A DNA stretch of 64,000 nucleotides from Podarcis liolepis (Eukaryota): the NCBI GenBank assembly GCA_965112155.1, contig OZ218112.1, one strand, 5' to 3'. Below the pieces are notes generated by a model. The model was not told the DNA's origin. It saw only the letters and a program-made list of their open reading frames with translations, and made no database searches. Below, one piece after another: positions 1-12,700 of the stretch. Positions within the stretch are counted from its first letter, which is position 1. The number at the start of each line of letters is the position of its first letter. Position numbers and translations under genes: made by a program.

Positions 1-2088
1 AATTTGGTTACATCAAGGAGCAGCTTTCATCTATGTTTGGATACAATTAGACAACAGTGTGAATCAAGATGAACCTTTCAAAACTTCCCTGATTTTAACC
101 AAATTCTGAATGATGGTTCATGAGATCAAGGAGCACATTTTTGCTTATGTTTGGACATAATTTTGAATCAAGAAGGCTGACTAAACCTGTCAAAACTGCA
201 CTGATTTTTTTGTTTCTTGAAATTTCCAAACAATGCCATATATGAAGCTGCTAGTAATAAAACAAATAAATAATTAGCAGTGCAAATCTGTACATAAATA
301 CCCAGAACACTACTGTATTTCAATGGTACTTACTGTTGTGCCACCTTATATTTACTTCAGCTCCTCTGTACCACTTTCTCTATCTTAAGAAGATATACAG
401 TCCTGACCTGGGTTTCTAAGAGCTATCTTTATAACTCATTGTTAATGCTGCCACCAGAAATACCAAATATCTGACTATTTCCCACCTCTAACATAGCCAG
501 TCAAGAGGCATGTGTGTATAATACAACAATTTATTAAAACAGAAATGGCAAAAAATGGGTTTTGATAACTCAGTGTACAAAAGCATATGGTGACTGTGAT
601 TCATATAAAACAAAATCTAGTAACAATGCTGACCCTACCTTATCAAACTAATCCTGCCACCACCCAAACATTCTCGACTGCCCTCCCATCAGTATTCAAA
701 CTCCCTTTCAAATCTTCTGTCCAATCATTGCTCACTTCCAACACTCAAAGCACTCTCTCTCAACCTTCCAACCTCACACCTACCTCAGTTCATCTTGTAT
801 ATTCACCTACACATTTATCACATTTTAGTTTTCCTTAATTGGTGATAGTAAAGCACCATTGACCACACCTCAGAGCTTCATAGCACATAAAACCTCTGTT
901 CTCCAGCATATCAGCACTGCCATCCACACCCTATACACATCACTGCCTGTGGTAGGGCTGGTCCTGGTGTGTATAGCGGGAATGAGTAATCTCAGGTTTG
1001 GGGGCCAAATTTGGCCCTCCATACCTCTTTATCTGACCCTCAGGACTCTCCCCAGGCCACACACCTAGTGGCAGCCCTTCTGCCAAGGTAACACTCCTCT
1101 TTCTGACTGGCTGGAATGTGTCTTTGAACTCTAATAATGCCTCTTTCTACCCTGGACAATAGAGCTGGGTATGGCAGTGTGTGTAGACAATAGCCTACAG
1201 TAAAGTAAAATTCACATTTGTGTCTCTGCCCACTCCTATCTCTGGCCTTGCCCATTAGCATGTGGCTCCTGGAAGGTTGCTTGGAAGGAAATATGGCCCT
1301 TGGGCTGGAGTAAGTTTCCCATCCTTGGTGCATAAGGTTTCAGCCTCAGTTGACTAAATAACTGCACTCCTAAAGTTTATTTCATATATTTATGAGGATC
1401 ATTCCATGTCATCGAAAGCCAACACCTAGTTAAGCCCTGAGAAAAATACAGCTTTGCATCTACCCACAAACTTGGAAAAAGCAGCTCTGAATGTCTTCTC
1501 TTCTCTTCTCCATGGCTTGCTGAGGCTGGCTGGGAATCAGTATGTCGCCCTTGTTAGCGATATCTCTCTTCTTATCAAAAACATTTATTCTGGACCTATT
1601 ACAAACAGTCCTGCTTTACTTCTACAAGCCCTACGGAAGGCTTAGTGTGTTTTCCAAACCAGGGTGGCTCTTGAGGCTCCCGTCCTCTTTCCACCCCCCG
1701 CCAAATCTAGCTGTTTATTTGACTTGCATTTGCTGAGTTGAAAGGGTGGAGGAGGCGGTGGAATTGGCAATGCTTAAGTGAAGAATTTGGAGAGTTTAGG
1801 GAAGACAAATACAAAACTCTGGGACTGGGAATCCTGTTGGACAAACAATGGCTGTATGCTGTGTCAGGTGTTAAGAAAAGAGAAACAACATCCAAAGAGA
1901 CAGGCTGAATATGAGTTGGGTGTGAGTCCTGTATCCTCCCTCCAGAGATATATCAAATGAATGGAAGGAAGATCTGAATCCTTTTCCCCTGAAAAGTGAG
2001 CTGTTTTCAGCAAGGGGCGTAGCATGGGGAAGGCCAGGGGACCCATGGCCCTGGGTGCAGATTTTTGAAAGGGCGTAAGGGGGCACAA

Positions 2089-2440
2089 GGGACACGGGTG
2101 GCGCTGTGGGTTAAACCACAGAGCCTAGGACATGCCGATCAGAAGGTCGGCGGTTCGAAACCCCGCAACAGGGTGAGGTCCCGTTGCTCGGTCCCTGCTC
2201 CTGCCAACCTAGCAGTTCGAAAGCATGTCAAAGTGCAAATAGATAAATAGGTACCGCTCCGGTGGGAAGGTAGATGGTGTTTCCATGCACTGCTCTGGTT
2301 CGCCAGAAGCGGCTTAGTCATGCTGGCCACATGACCCGGAAGCTGTACGCCGGCTCCCTCGGCCAATAAAGCGAGATGAGCGCCGCAACCCCAGAGTCGG
2401 TCACGACTGGACCTAACGCCCAGGGGTCCCTTTACCTTTA
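2089..2440 (+). mobile_element. Full-length Sauria SINE, nested in a hAT-like MITE
   Basis: GGGACACGGGTGGCGCTGTGGGTTAAACC head and ACCTTTA tail. Imperfect TSD aagggggcacaa / aagggggtgcaa. The host element begins with a GGGGCGTAGC end at ~2011. Confidence 0.9.
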
Positions 2441-4187
2441 AGGGGGTGCAACCAGGCCCCCTCACTTGCTAAGCTGCACCCAGGCTGAGCCTTCAGGGCT
2501 GGGCAGCAGCAGTGCCTCCTTTCCCTTGTGGCCGGTGAAGGGGCGCTGCTGGCGCCGCCCACAGAGGCAAGAGGCACGAGCAGCCACTTCTGCGAATGGG
2601 GCACCACGGCCCTCAGTTCTGTCCTCATCACAGGGCAGCTTCGAGCCTTTTTCTCCTTCCCTCGCCTCACTCACCTGTGGCTCAGACCATTTAGTCAGCA
2701 GTGAGGGCTTCAGCTGGCACAACCACCTCTGCACCCTGGTGTACTCGTACTCCCCAGGCACTGAGAACCCACACTATGTGGCTGTTTTCAGTCTTTCCAG
2801 TGAATGGGTGGCAGGCAGTGGAAGGGAGTGGGTTCAGTCCTGGCCCCTCCCACCAAACATTCACTATATGTATCACCAAAAATGATTGACTGCAGCCCTG
2901 AGAAACTGTTGGAGAATTTCTTCTATATCCCTAGATAAATTTTCCAAGGCTGAAGCAGGCTGACACGTAACACACAGAGAGAGGAAAGGGCTATTGATGG
3001 CTGCTTCCAGAGTGCTCTTGCGCTCTGATCCTGCACGCAGGTTTCCCACAGGCACCTGGTTGGCCACTGTGATAACAGGATGCTGGACTAGATGGGCCTG
3101 ATCCAGCAAGCTCTTCTTATGTTCTTAGAGAAAATTTATATGCTGCCCTTCCTCCCCTTCCCATGGATACATTCTCTTTTCCCCTCCTGGGGGAATTTTG
3201 TGAAATAGCCCCCAACATTTCTGTGTCCTCAAGCGGTATGGAGGATTTTCATTTGGCAATTTGTGCACCACTCTCATCTGAACAGGCCTGTAGCAGTGAG
3301 GTAAACCTCAAGTTTACATCTGCAGCAGGGCAGAACCACCTTGGTCGTCATACTCCTCTGAATTCATTCAGCAAACCATTATTTGATATACATTGAAGTC
3401 TTGGCTCTGCCTTGTTTTTGTCATACCCAATTAAGCTCAGAAATAATTAGACCTAACGATTTAGCTGAGAACCAAGATATTCCCCAAGTAGGGCATAGCT
3501 GAGGTGCTTCAGGCATCAGAATGCCAAAGCATTCCAGGAAGGATACTGCTTTTGCCTTAGACGCATTTCTCCTGGCAAAATCAAATCGAACAACCCTCCT
3601 CAACTGTGGCAGGCCTTCCTGTTCCAATCTAAAGTGTTAGGGGGCAAATCATAATCATTAACAGCTTCTGATGGGGCTCCAACTGGTTGTCCGAATCCTA
3701 CATTGAAGCCAAGAAACTTGCCTCAGGGACCGTAGCTCACTGCTACAGCACACACACTCTGTGCCAAGTAGATTCCAGGTTCACTCCCCAGCATCTGCAG
3801 GTAGGGTTGGGAAAGACCGCTAACTGAAACCTTGCATAGCCATGGCCCATCAGTGTAACCCAGAAGTGGAAAGAGCTCAGGCTTGTGGAATGTACTTTGC
3901 TTTTTACTAGAACCCCTCCATTCACCAACTGCAATTAACTGAAATTCTGAGCTCATGCTCAGATCAAGGATTTGTTTTCAGTTTCAGAACTGAACTCTCA
4001 GCAACTTTATGCAAAAATCTGCTCCTGGTTTTCCTCCCAGGCTTTTTTGCATTTGGGAGGAAATATGGCTTATTTAGTTGTCATCCATAAACAACTGGGA
4101 GTTAGAAACCCTTACTGCTGTACTGTAGATCACCCAGAGACCTATCAGTAGTTCTTGATCTACATTTTGCCTATCATTAACACTTGA

Positions 4188-4252
4188 TTGGAAGCCGCCC
4201 AGAGTGGCAGAGTGGCTGGGGAAACTCGGCCAGATGGGCGGGGTATAAATAA

Positions 4253-4323
<71 letters not shown>
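4188..4323 (+). repeat. L2-type 3' end with (TTA)n microsatellite tail
   Basis: ggaagccgcccagagtggc...gggcggggtataaat followed by (TTA)n; a similar end at ~19050-19105. Confidence 0.8.
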
Positions 4324-4324
<1 letters not shown>

Positions 4325-6808
4325 CATAAACTAAACTAGATGGACCAATAGTCTGACCTGTTACAAGGTCCTTTGCTGATGTTTATTAAAATAGCAAAGT
4401 TTCTCTGGTAATCTAGGTGCTCACTGAATGCCGAATTAGTATCCCCCAAAATTAATCTGACTAAAATCAGGGGAGACAACCTGAGCATCCAACTGGCATC
4501 ACTAGAATTTTCAGTGTTTGTACCACCTGTTTCTAGCATGTTAATACAGACTGAGAGCATGTTCCAGGCCTTAAACCTTTACATCCCATTAATTGTCCCA
4601 TGAAGCAGATTGTGGGGGAAATTTCCATTGTTTCAACAACCACATTCACTACTGCAAATTCTAATTCAACTTACAACCATTATTAAATCCATTAAGGGCC
4701 TTAAACATGCTTGCCCTGCAAAAAAATAAAAATAAAGCCTCATTAAACACCTATAAAAAGCCATAAAGCCCATTATAAGCCCCTGCAGCTCAATTACCGC
4801 AATTGTTACAGGACTCAGATGCAAGGTATAACTTGCTGCAAACAGCAAATTGATTGGGATGTCTTTCTTTGAGGGCTGCTGCTCCTTGTGTACAGAATTT
4901 TTAATGAATGGGAAAATCTATTAAGCCTGCAATCCTAGGCAATCTTATTTGGGAGTAAGCTCAATTGAGCATAGTGGACCTTGCTCCTAAGAAAGTATGC
5001 ATGAGCTCAATCATTCTCATTCATAGGGTTTTGGAGCCACTATTCCAGACCTATGAGGCCACCATAAGGTCTCTGCCTTATTTACATATAAATCAGGGTT
5101 TTGCTTTAAAAATAAAAGAAGTGCTAAGTGCTTCCCCCTCCCACACCTTAACCTCCTCACAATCTTGCACTAGCCACTTTTCTCCATTTCCAGCTACAAA
5201 AACAACATTAGCCAAGAATAGGGAAAAATGGCTGGAACAATTGACTGTGGAGAAAAAATAACCTCACCTTTGCTTTATAGATGAGGAACACTTGAAAAGA
5301 ATAGACCATTGGTCCATCTAGCTCAGTATTGTCCACACTGAATGACTGTAGCTTCCCTGGGTTTCAGACAGGGGGTGTTCCCATCCCTTCATGCAGAGCA
5401 GGTGTTCTACCACATGGCTTTGGTCTTCATAGTAGGAAAGGAGATGAAAAGGGGATTCCAGAACTTCAATGGGAAAACAAAATGTGCATCTAAATTCATG
5501 TAAACAACACTGGCAGCATCTCAAGATTGGGTCAGTTGCTGAGCAGGGGAAGAACAAAGTGAAATCTCAGTAAAGTTGAGAGAAAGTTGTTAAGGGTTAG
5601 GAAACAAAGGCTGAAGAGTTGTCTTAATTTCAGGGTATGCAGCTTGGGTGAAATGAGTATTTTCTAGGATGGTAATTGCATTTCAAATCTGCCAGAGATA
5701 GTTAACCACACTCCTTGCCTCTGACCAAACTTGTCATCCCTCTGACTTGGGAGCAAATATTAAATGTCATTGTTTGAGAGGCTCGCTTTAAACATTAGCT
5801 GACAGACAGTGTCATTCCCAGATTTGACATGGTGGCTGGGATGAACCAGAAATGCAAGCTCCCTTCTTCCTACATACTGGGAGCTGACAGAGCTCAGAGA
5901 GTCTCATTGTGTGGCCAGGCTAAGCCTTAATAACACTTCTTTTATTGGGCACAGCAAGACTCGCCCAGGCCAAGGGCCAAGTTACACCGATATTTTTGTG
6001 TTTTTCTCCATCCCCATTGACCAGTTTAATACCTGGTAAATTATAAAAGCTGCTGGAGCTATGGAGTCAGCTAAGAAGAAACATCAGGGGTTACCAATGG
6101 CAGGGCGTGTCGGTGAGAAATAGATGATTAGTAACGTTTTCACATGAAGAGTTTAACAGAGAGGGGAGCAGCCAACTGCATTCAAGGATACAAACATGCC
6201 TATGATTATCATAAGAACATAAGAGATCAAACCAAAGGCTTACCTAGTCTGACATCCTTTTCTTACAATGGCCAACCAGATGCTTCAATGGGCAGCCTGT
6301 AAGCAGAACCTGAGTGCAAAAGCAGCTAGAGGAGGAGGAGAGAACAGAGGGTGAAGAACAGAGGGTCCTCTTCCCATCCTCTAAGCCCCCTGGGAAACTC
6401 AGGAAACCTGCTGCACCTGGTACTGGGTGTGGAGAGTGCAGCTGAATAGGACTCAGCTATGGGCAACCTAAGGAAGTGCCATTCACCTTGGGCCTGCCCA
6501 TAAAAAACAAGTCTAGAGTGGGAGACTAGGGTAATGTCTGCTCTTTACAGAAACTCTTCTCGTCGTGAGACTTTTGTGGGTGAGCTGAGAGTTTGTTCGG
6601 ACCTTGGGTGAGAACCTGGAAGCTGAGAGGGAGGGTGCATGCCAGAAGGAAAATGAATTTATATTGATTAACATATATTAGAAACTTCATGTTAATGAAA
6701 CATTTTTATGTTTAACTGTGTATTTTTGTAATATTTTAAGTTGCCTGTTGTTGCTTAGGTTTTTTGTACACTGCTTAGAGATGTTTTTAATATATTAAAC
6801 AATATAGA

Positions 6809-6839
<31 letters not shown>

Positions 6840-8056
6840 CAATAAATCAATCACCCTACCTGCAATTTCCAGCAATTGGTATTCAGAGGAACCCTGCCTC
6901 TACCGATAGAGGTGCCATCATGCTAGCAGCCATTGATGGCCTTTTCCTTCATGAATTTGTCCAATACTCTTTTAAAGCCTTTCACAGTTAACAGTCTTTG
7001 CCTCAAATGTCTCCGTTCCCAGGAGCAAGGATCTTACAGACCTTATTTAGCTAAATGGTAGAGCATAGCACTGCAGGTTCAATCCCAGGCATCTCCAGGT
7101 GCAGCTAGGACACACTCCTGCCTAAAACCCTGGATAGCCACTACCAGTCAGTATAGGCAGTTCTGAGCCCATGTAGAACTCTGACTGAATATGAGGCAGC
7201 TTCTTATGTTCCTAATGTTCCACTCAGAGTGGTTTTCCACCTGTGTTCTAGGCAGACACCACAAAATAATAGTACTATACAGATAATTCCTTTGCCTTCG
7301 GACAGGGCTTCCCAGGATGTTAGAGCAGTCAAAACAACAGGTGCTCACAGGAGAAATCTAGGATGCTACAGTACTGTACCTGTGATTTGGTAGCAGCGTA
7401 TCCCAACCACCAACTGCCACCACCTCTTCTGTGCTGCAAACTATGGTTTGAATTCACATGAGACAACACTCAAACCCACAGGCTGAGCCAGTGTCCTTGG
7501 TAAACCAAGTGTGGCACATCCCAGAATCCTCTGCAGCACACAATGGTTTGAGCTGATGTGGGGCCAGGAAGCAGAAAGATATGAGATGAATTTATTCATT
7601 CATTACATTATATATCATTATATATCAGTAGCTCATGGCAATGTGTAAGGGTCTCACCATCCACATTTTATCCTCAAAGCCTCAACCCTGGGAAGTAGGT
7701 TATGCTGAAAACCCAGGCAACTTCATAGCCAAGTACGTTTGAACCTGGGACTCCTTGGTCTTAGTGTGACACTTGAACCCACTATACCATTATTCAGAAC
7801 ACAAATATTTTATGTCTTAAGGGTAGCGATGGAGGAGAGACTTGGTTTGGTTTGCATTTTAATGTGAACCTTCCTAATTCCCACTTCCATAAATAATCCA
7901 CAAACCAAAGCACAGCTATCCTTCTTAATCCACGCCTCACTGGATTTTGCAATGTAGTAGTCCAACAAAAAATGTTATGAAAAATGTGTATGAAAGTGCT
8001 GGTTCGTTTTTGTGAGGACATTTTTGCTGAATTTTCAAACATTTTTCCTCCCACAG

Positions 8057-8255
8057 GAGAAAAGCCATCAACAAGAGCAAAGAGTCTGTATTCTCGGAGA
8101 ACGAGCGTGAGGCTGTGAAGTACCTGTCGGCAACACAGGTGAACGATGCCGTCCAGGAACAGTATGTTCTCCTGCCAGTCGATCCCACCCTGGAGTGCCA
8201 CAGCCCACCTCCTGACTACAACTCAGTCATTCAGTACTCTGCTCCTCCAGTGTAA
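8057..8255 (+). CDS. kdrl: Terminal coding exon of a VEGF receptor tyrosine kinase, most likely kdr-like (VEGFR4); upstream exons not seen in window
   Basis: Acceptor tttttcctcccacAG ends at 8056, then a phase-2 G. Frame 8058-8255 reads [65 protein letters not shown]. The [11 protein letters not shown].PP end resembles FLT1-type C-termini, and KSKESV plus LLP.[14 protein letters not shown] match fish Kdrl as I recall it. Adjacency of kdrl and cdx4 is known synteny. Confidence 0.88.
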
Positions 8256-8846
8256 TTGGCTCAGGGCTGATCTTCATTTTACACATCTTTGACTATACAG
8301 TATATTCATCAGGCTTCCTATTTGTGCTGCCTGCTTAATGGAACCAGTGGGGTGGTTTTTTCGCACAAAAAAGGGGATAAGAGATCACAATCTTATCCAG
8401 GTCCATCTGTCCAAGGTATTAAACCCCCAAAGCAGATAGAAGTCCTTTGAAGAGCAGCTGTCTTAAAGGGTATATTTCTGCTGATCTAGCTCTTATTTTC
8501 TAACCTTCTGCACCGCAAATTTGTTTAAAGGGGAAAAAATGCAGTTGTACCCATTGCATTGTCATTCTGTGGGGGCTTCTTTCTCAAAGCTTTGGGATAT
8601 ACACTGAAAATTCTGGTTCTGTTAACAGGGGCATATTCTTCAGGGATCACTTCTCTCACAGTTTCAGGTAGAAATAAGAATTTCTCTTTTCCTCATTTTT
8701 GGTTCCTTATTATCATTACCATATATTTTCATCTGCCAGAATCCCACCCTTTCCCCAGTCCACATCAGATTACAATCAGCTTGCACTGCAAAACAGGGCT
8801 GGGGTGGAATTCATATTTATATTGACAGCCAATGTCCTTTGTTCCT

Positions 8847-8856
8847 AATAAATAAA
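8847..8856 (+). terminator. Candidate polyadenylation signal for kdrl (overlapping AATAAA x2)
   Basis: AATAAATAAA about 590 nt after the stop codon; the first AATAAA I noticed downstream of the exon. Confidence 0.35.
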
Positions 8857-9761
8857 AGCTAATAAGGGAATAATTAGATGAGCTCATTCTTTTCCAGAGC
8901 AAACTTCCCTTCCCTCTTTCTCCCAATGAAAAGTCTGACAATTATAACTGTGTATAACTGTCATGACTTCCCCCAAAGAACCCTGGAAATTATAGTTTAG
9001 GAAGGGTGTGTGATAATTCTCCATTGCAGATCCCAGGCCCCATCCCAGGCCCTTCCTCATAGAAATCTCCCTTGGAGGAGAAAATGACAATTACATAACA
9101 TCCTTTTCCCTGGCCTGTAGATTTGCCATTAGCTCCACTTTCCTCAAAATCTATTACAGAAAGAAATGGGTGTGAAAACTTTCATGGCAATGAATGTTAG
9201 TCATTCAGCAGGGACCAAAAAGACCTTTAGCCATCTAGGGTAGTGGGGTTCAATAGATCCAACAATATTGGAAAAACATAAAGAGAAAATATGCCTCAGG
9301 TGTTTTTGAGCCAGGCTAGGTCAAGCTGGAAGGCAAGCCTGCGACCCTGTGAAACTGTGACTTTAAAAGCATCCTCTTAAAAGGTGTTTGGAAAGAATAT
9401 CTATTCGATTCTGGTAGGGATTTTTCAGACAGTGGCTCCAAAAAAGAAAATTGTATGCCTTGATGAGCAGCAAAAACATTTCGTTGAGAGGAAGAGAGGA
9501 GAGATGGCTATTTAAGGTGATGGGGGGGGTTGTATTCCAGTCACTATCTTGCATATTCTGATCAATAACATGTTTTCTTTGGCTGTGTAATATGAATGCT
9601 GTGGAGATTGTGGCTACTTCCACTTTGTTCCTGCTCCCCACAAAGAGGTGTGTTGGCTGCACAACCACCCCAGGGCATCTACACCATACTGTGATCCTGA
9701 AAATCATTGTATGGCTCCCAGAAAGGTGTAGTTGCCGTTTCTCTGTGATATCCTTCCCCTA

Positions 9762-9795
<34 letters not shown>

Positions 9796-9796
9796 C
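9762..9796. repeat. (AC)n microsatellite
   Basis: Directly visible. Confidence 0.95.
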
Positions 9797-12700
9797 ATTC
9801 CAGTTAATGTTAACATGCAGCTCTCTTTTGGGAGATACCCATGCTGGTGTTGTACCTCCTTGGAAGTCAAATTATCTGCTCATTCCACACTAGTATTGAA
9901 GGAATATGGGAAGCTGCAGCCAGCCACTCTTATAAACCCAGAGAATGACACAGAATGGCACTGTACTGTGGATTCTTGCTTTGCTTGACCCAAGGAACCT
10001 TGTGGCCCTTTCCTCAGAGGCAGAGCAGTGGAAGAAGTGCCCTAACCCTTTTGCCCAAGCCCCCAATCCTGAAACTCTGACAACCTTCATAACCTTCTAA
10101 GAGGGTCTCTGAAAACTGGTTTCAGGACCAGCAGAAGAACATTCAGCTTTCTCAAGGCCTGCTGCATTCAGCATCTCAGGTGTACAAAAAGGCAGCACTG
10201 AGCAGAGACGTAGCAAGAGAGGTGCATGTTTGTGTTCTCCCTAAATTCAGCTAATTGGAAACTGAGAAAGGGAGATGCAAAAAGTGCCTTATGGCATGAG
10301 AGTAGGTGTGACCCTTATCTTCTTGCAGGCAGGTTGCCTAATTCACCTCTTGTTCTGGATCTGAAACCCAAAGAGGCCTTCATTGAACTAATATGGAATT
10401 GAAGAATTTGTGTAGTATGGCTCTTCCCAAAGCAAGAAGCACCCCATCTGGACTCAGTGCCTAGCTTCTTGGCAGGAATGGTTCTGACTTTGGGTTCATA
10501 GACTTCCTCACTGTTTTTGTTTTAACCAGCCTGTGTAACTACCTAAAAATGAACCTATATTACTTGTATTTTATTTACTAATATTTTTCCTGCCCTTATC
10601 TTCCCATTCCCTTAATTTAATTACTATGTGTGTGTGTTTCCAATTAAGCTGCTATATGAGATAGATATAATCCTGCAGAAGCAAAGCACCTGATCTCACT
10701 GGTAGAGGTGAGCCTTTCCTTTGCATAACCTCTTTTCTCCCCAAAGGTGTTACTAATATGTTTGACTTCTGCAGGATCTTGCTCATTGTGTTTAATCTGT
10801 AAACGCAGTTCTATATAGACTTTCATTTATGTAGCAACGTGTATAATTCTTATGTAGTACCAAAGAGCAGGAAATCCCCTGGAATAAGAGCTTTCCATGG
10901 GTTTACTGAAAATGTCACTAACGCTTGCAGGACAGGCCCCAGTTTATGAGAATCTCCCCAGTTCCACAATTACTGCCAATTTGGCCGAACACCACCCACT
11001 TCCCCACCTTCCTTATCATTTTGGGGACATCTTTGTTTTATTTTTAATGCTACCTGGCTTCTTTCAGAAAACAGGGAGCTATGTGAATCTTGTGGTGTTT
11101 GGATCAAAGAGCAAGAAAGACATAACTGACCTTGTTCCCACGTGAGGCTGATCTCAATTGCAGGACAAAAAGAGGAGCCAGTTGCCCAATAGAAGTGTAT
11201 ATTTTGGTATCTTAAGACTACTCAGGGAATATTTTGTGACTTCAGAAGATACTCAGCCACCTGCCTTTGTGACCTGACAAACCTCAGATATGTTCAGTGT
11301 TGATGAGTACAAACCTGTCTCTCTTTGTTTCAAGCCAGACCTTATGTTTTTTCACTCCTGTAGCAATCCTACATTACCAGAGAAGATAGTATTATTAACC
11401 TGTTTTGTATCCAGGGCCGGCTCCACCATTAGGTAGAATGACACTGAGGGGCACACAAAACTGTGTACCATGTGGCTGACCTGCACCACCTGCCTACTGC
11501 CTATGGAGTTTGTCCCGGCACTAGTGTTGAAGTTAAGAATTCAGCTGGCAGGCTAGACAGCTTTTGTTCCTGGAAATGGGCGAGACACTGACACATGCTT
11601 CCCTTCAGGCAGCAAAATGTCTTCAGTCAGCCCTGGTTTTCTCCCCCTTTATACCATAATCAGCAGCTTCAGAAAAGACATTTGTTCATAGCCACAACCT
11701 ATTCTTACAGTGAGATGATTCTTTCAGAAATATATTACTCGTCCTGCTCTAATTATATGTCGTTATCTGCTGCACTGACAAAAGCAATAATCACCATATT
11801 TCCTGCCCTATATTTCTTTGGCCTTCTGCCTCTCGGTTGAGAAAGACACAGAGACAGAGAGAGAAATTTGCTGGGAATCACAAGCAGGGAGAGTGCTGTT
11901 GGAACCATCTCCTGCTTGCGAGCTTCCCATTGGCCACTGTGAGAACAGAATGCTGATCCAAAAGGGCTCTTCATACGTCCTTAAATCTCCGGGCCTAGGT
12001 TGTGGGAAGACTTTTTATCAGGAACCGCACTGAGCAGAAACTCCCATAGTCTTGGGTTTCTTTTTTCTACTGTCCCATTTTCCCATTGTTCCTGAGTTGT
12101 CAGTACCATTAACAAATGCCTGTGACCCAAATAATGAGCTGGCAGAGCAAGCAAATAAGCAAATGTCCCATTCTGCTCCAAACACTACAGAATGTACAGT
12201 GAGACCAGACCCTGTCTGTCTGAAGAATGCACTGGGGGGAAACCAAAATACCTGCTCTCATTATATATTCAAAAATGTATTGTAATTATTAACCAAAAAT
12301 AAATAAATAAAAATAATTTGATTTTATACAGCCTTAAGCCTCCTTTGTGTCATATGTTCTGAATTCATGCTCTATCCCAAGCATCGGATAGGAATTCCCA
12401 TGTTAACTGAGGCATCAAAACAAACCCAATCATGATGCCTTCTTTTTTTTCTTCAAAGCCCCAGTTAAAAGCACTTTACACTATAGTGCAGGCCTGGTGC
12501 CTCTGGTTTGTTGGTAGATCTTTGGGTTCCACTAAAATACACAGATAGACAGAATTGCAACAGTAGCTCAGCTGCTTTGCATGCAGAAAACCTACATTCA
12601 ATCCAATCATGCCCTGTTAAAAAGCTCAGCTGACAGGTAATGGGGACGGTCCCTAGCCAAGAACCTGAGGAGCTGCTGCTAATCAGAGTTAGAAACAGGC

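Noticed and set aside
1735-1830. Purine-rich segment considered as the penultimate kdrl exon
   Set aside because: No DSGMVL-type motif and an in-frame stop. I found no such exon in 1-8056, so it probably lies upstream of the window.
3727-3800. tRNA-like sequences here and at ~7048, 15468 and 25048
   Set aside because: Degenerate SINE heads that continue into a shared SINE body; no intact cloverleaf
7794-8201. 135-aa and 83-aa minus-strand ORFs
   Set aside because: Antisense shadows of the kdrl exon and the adjacent repeat; no recognisable domain
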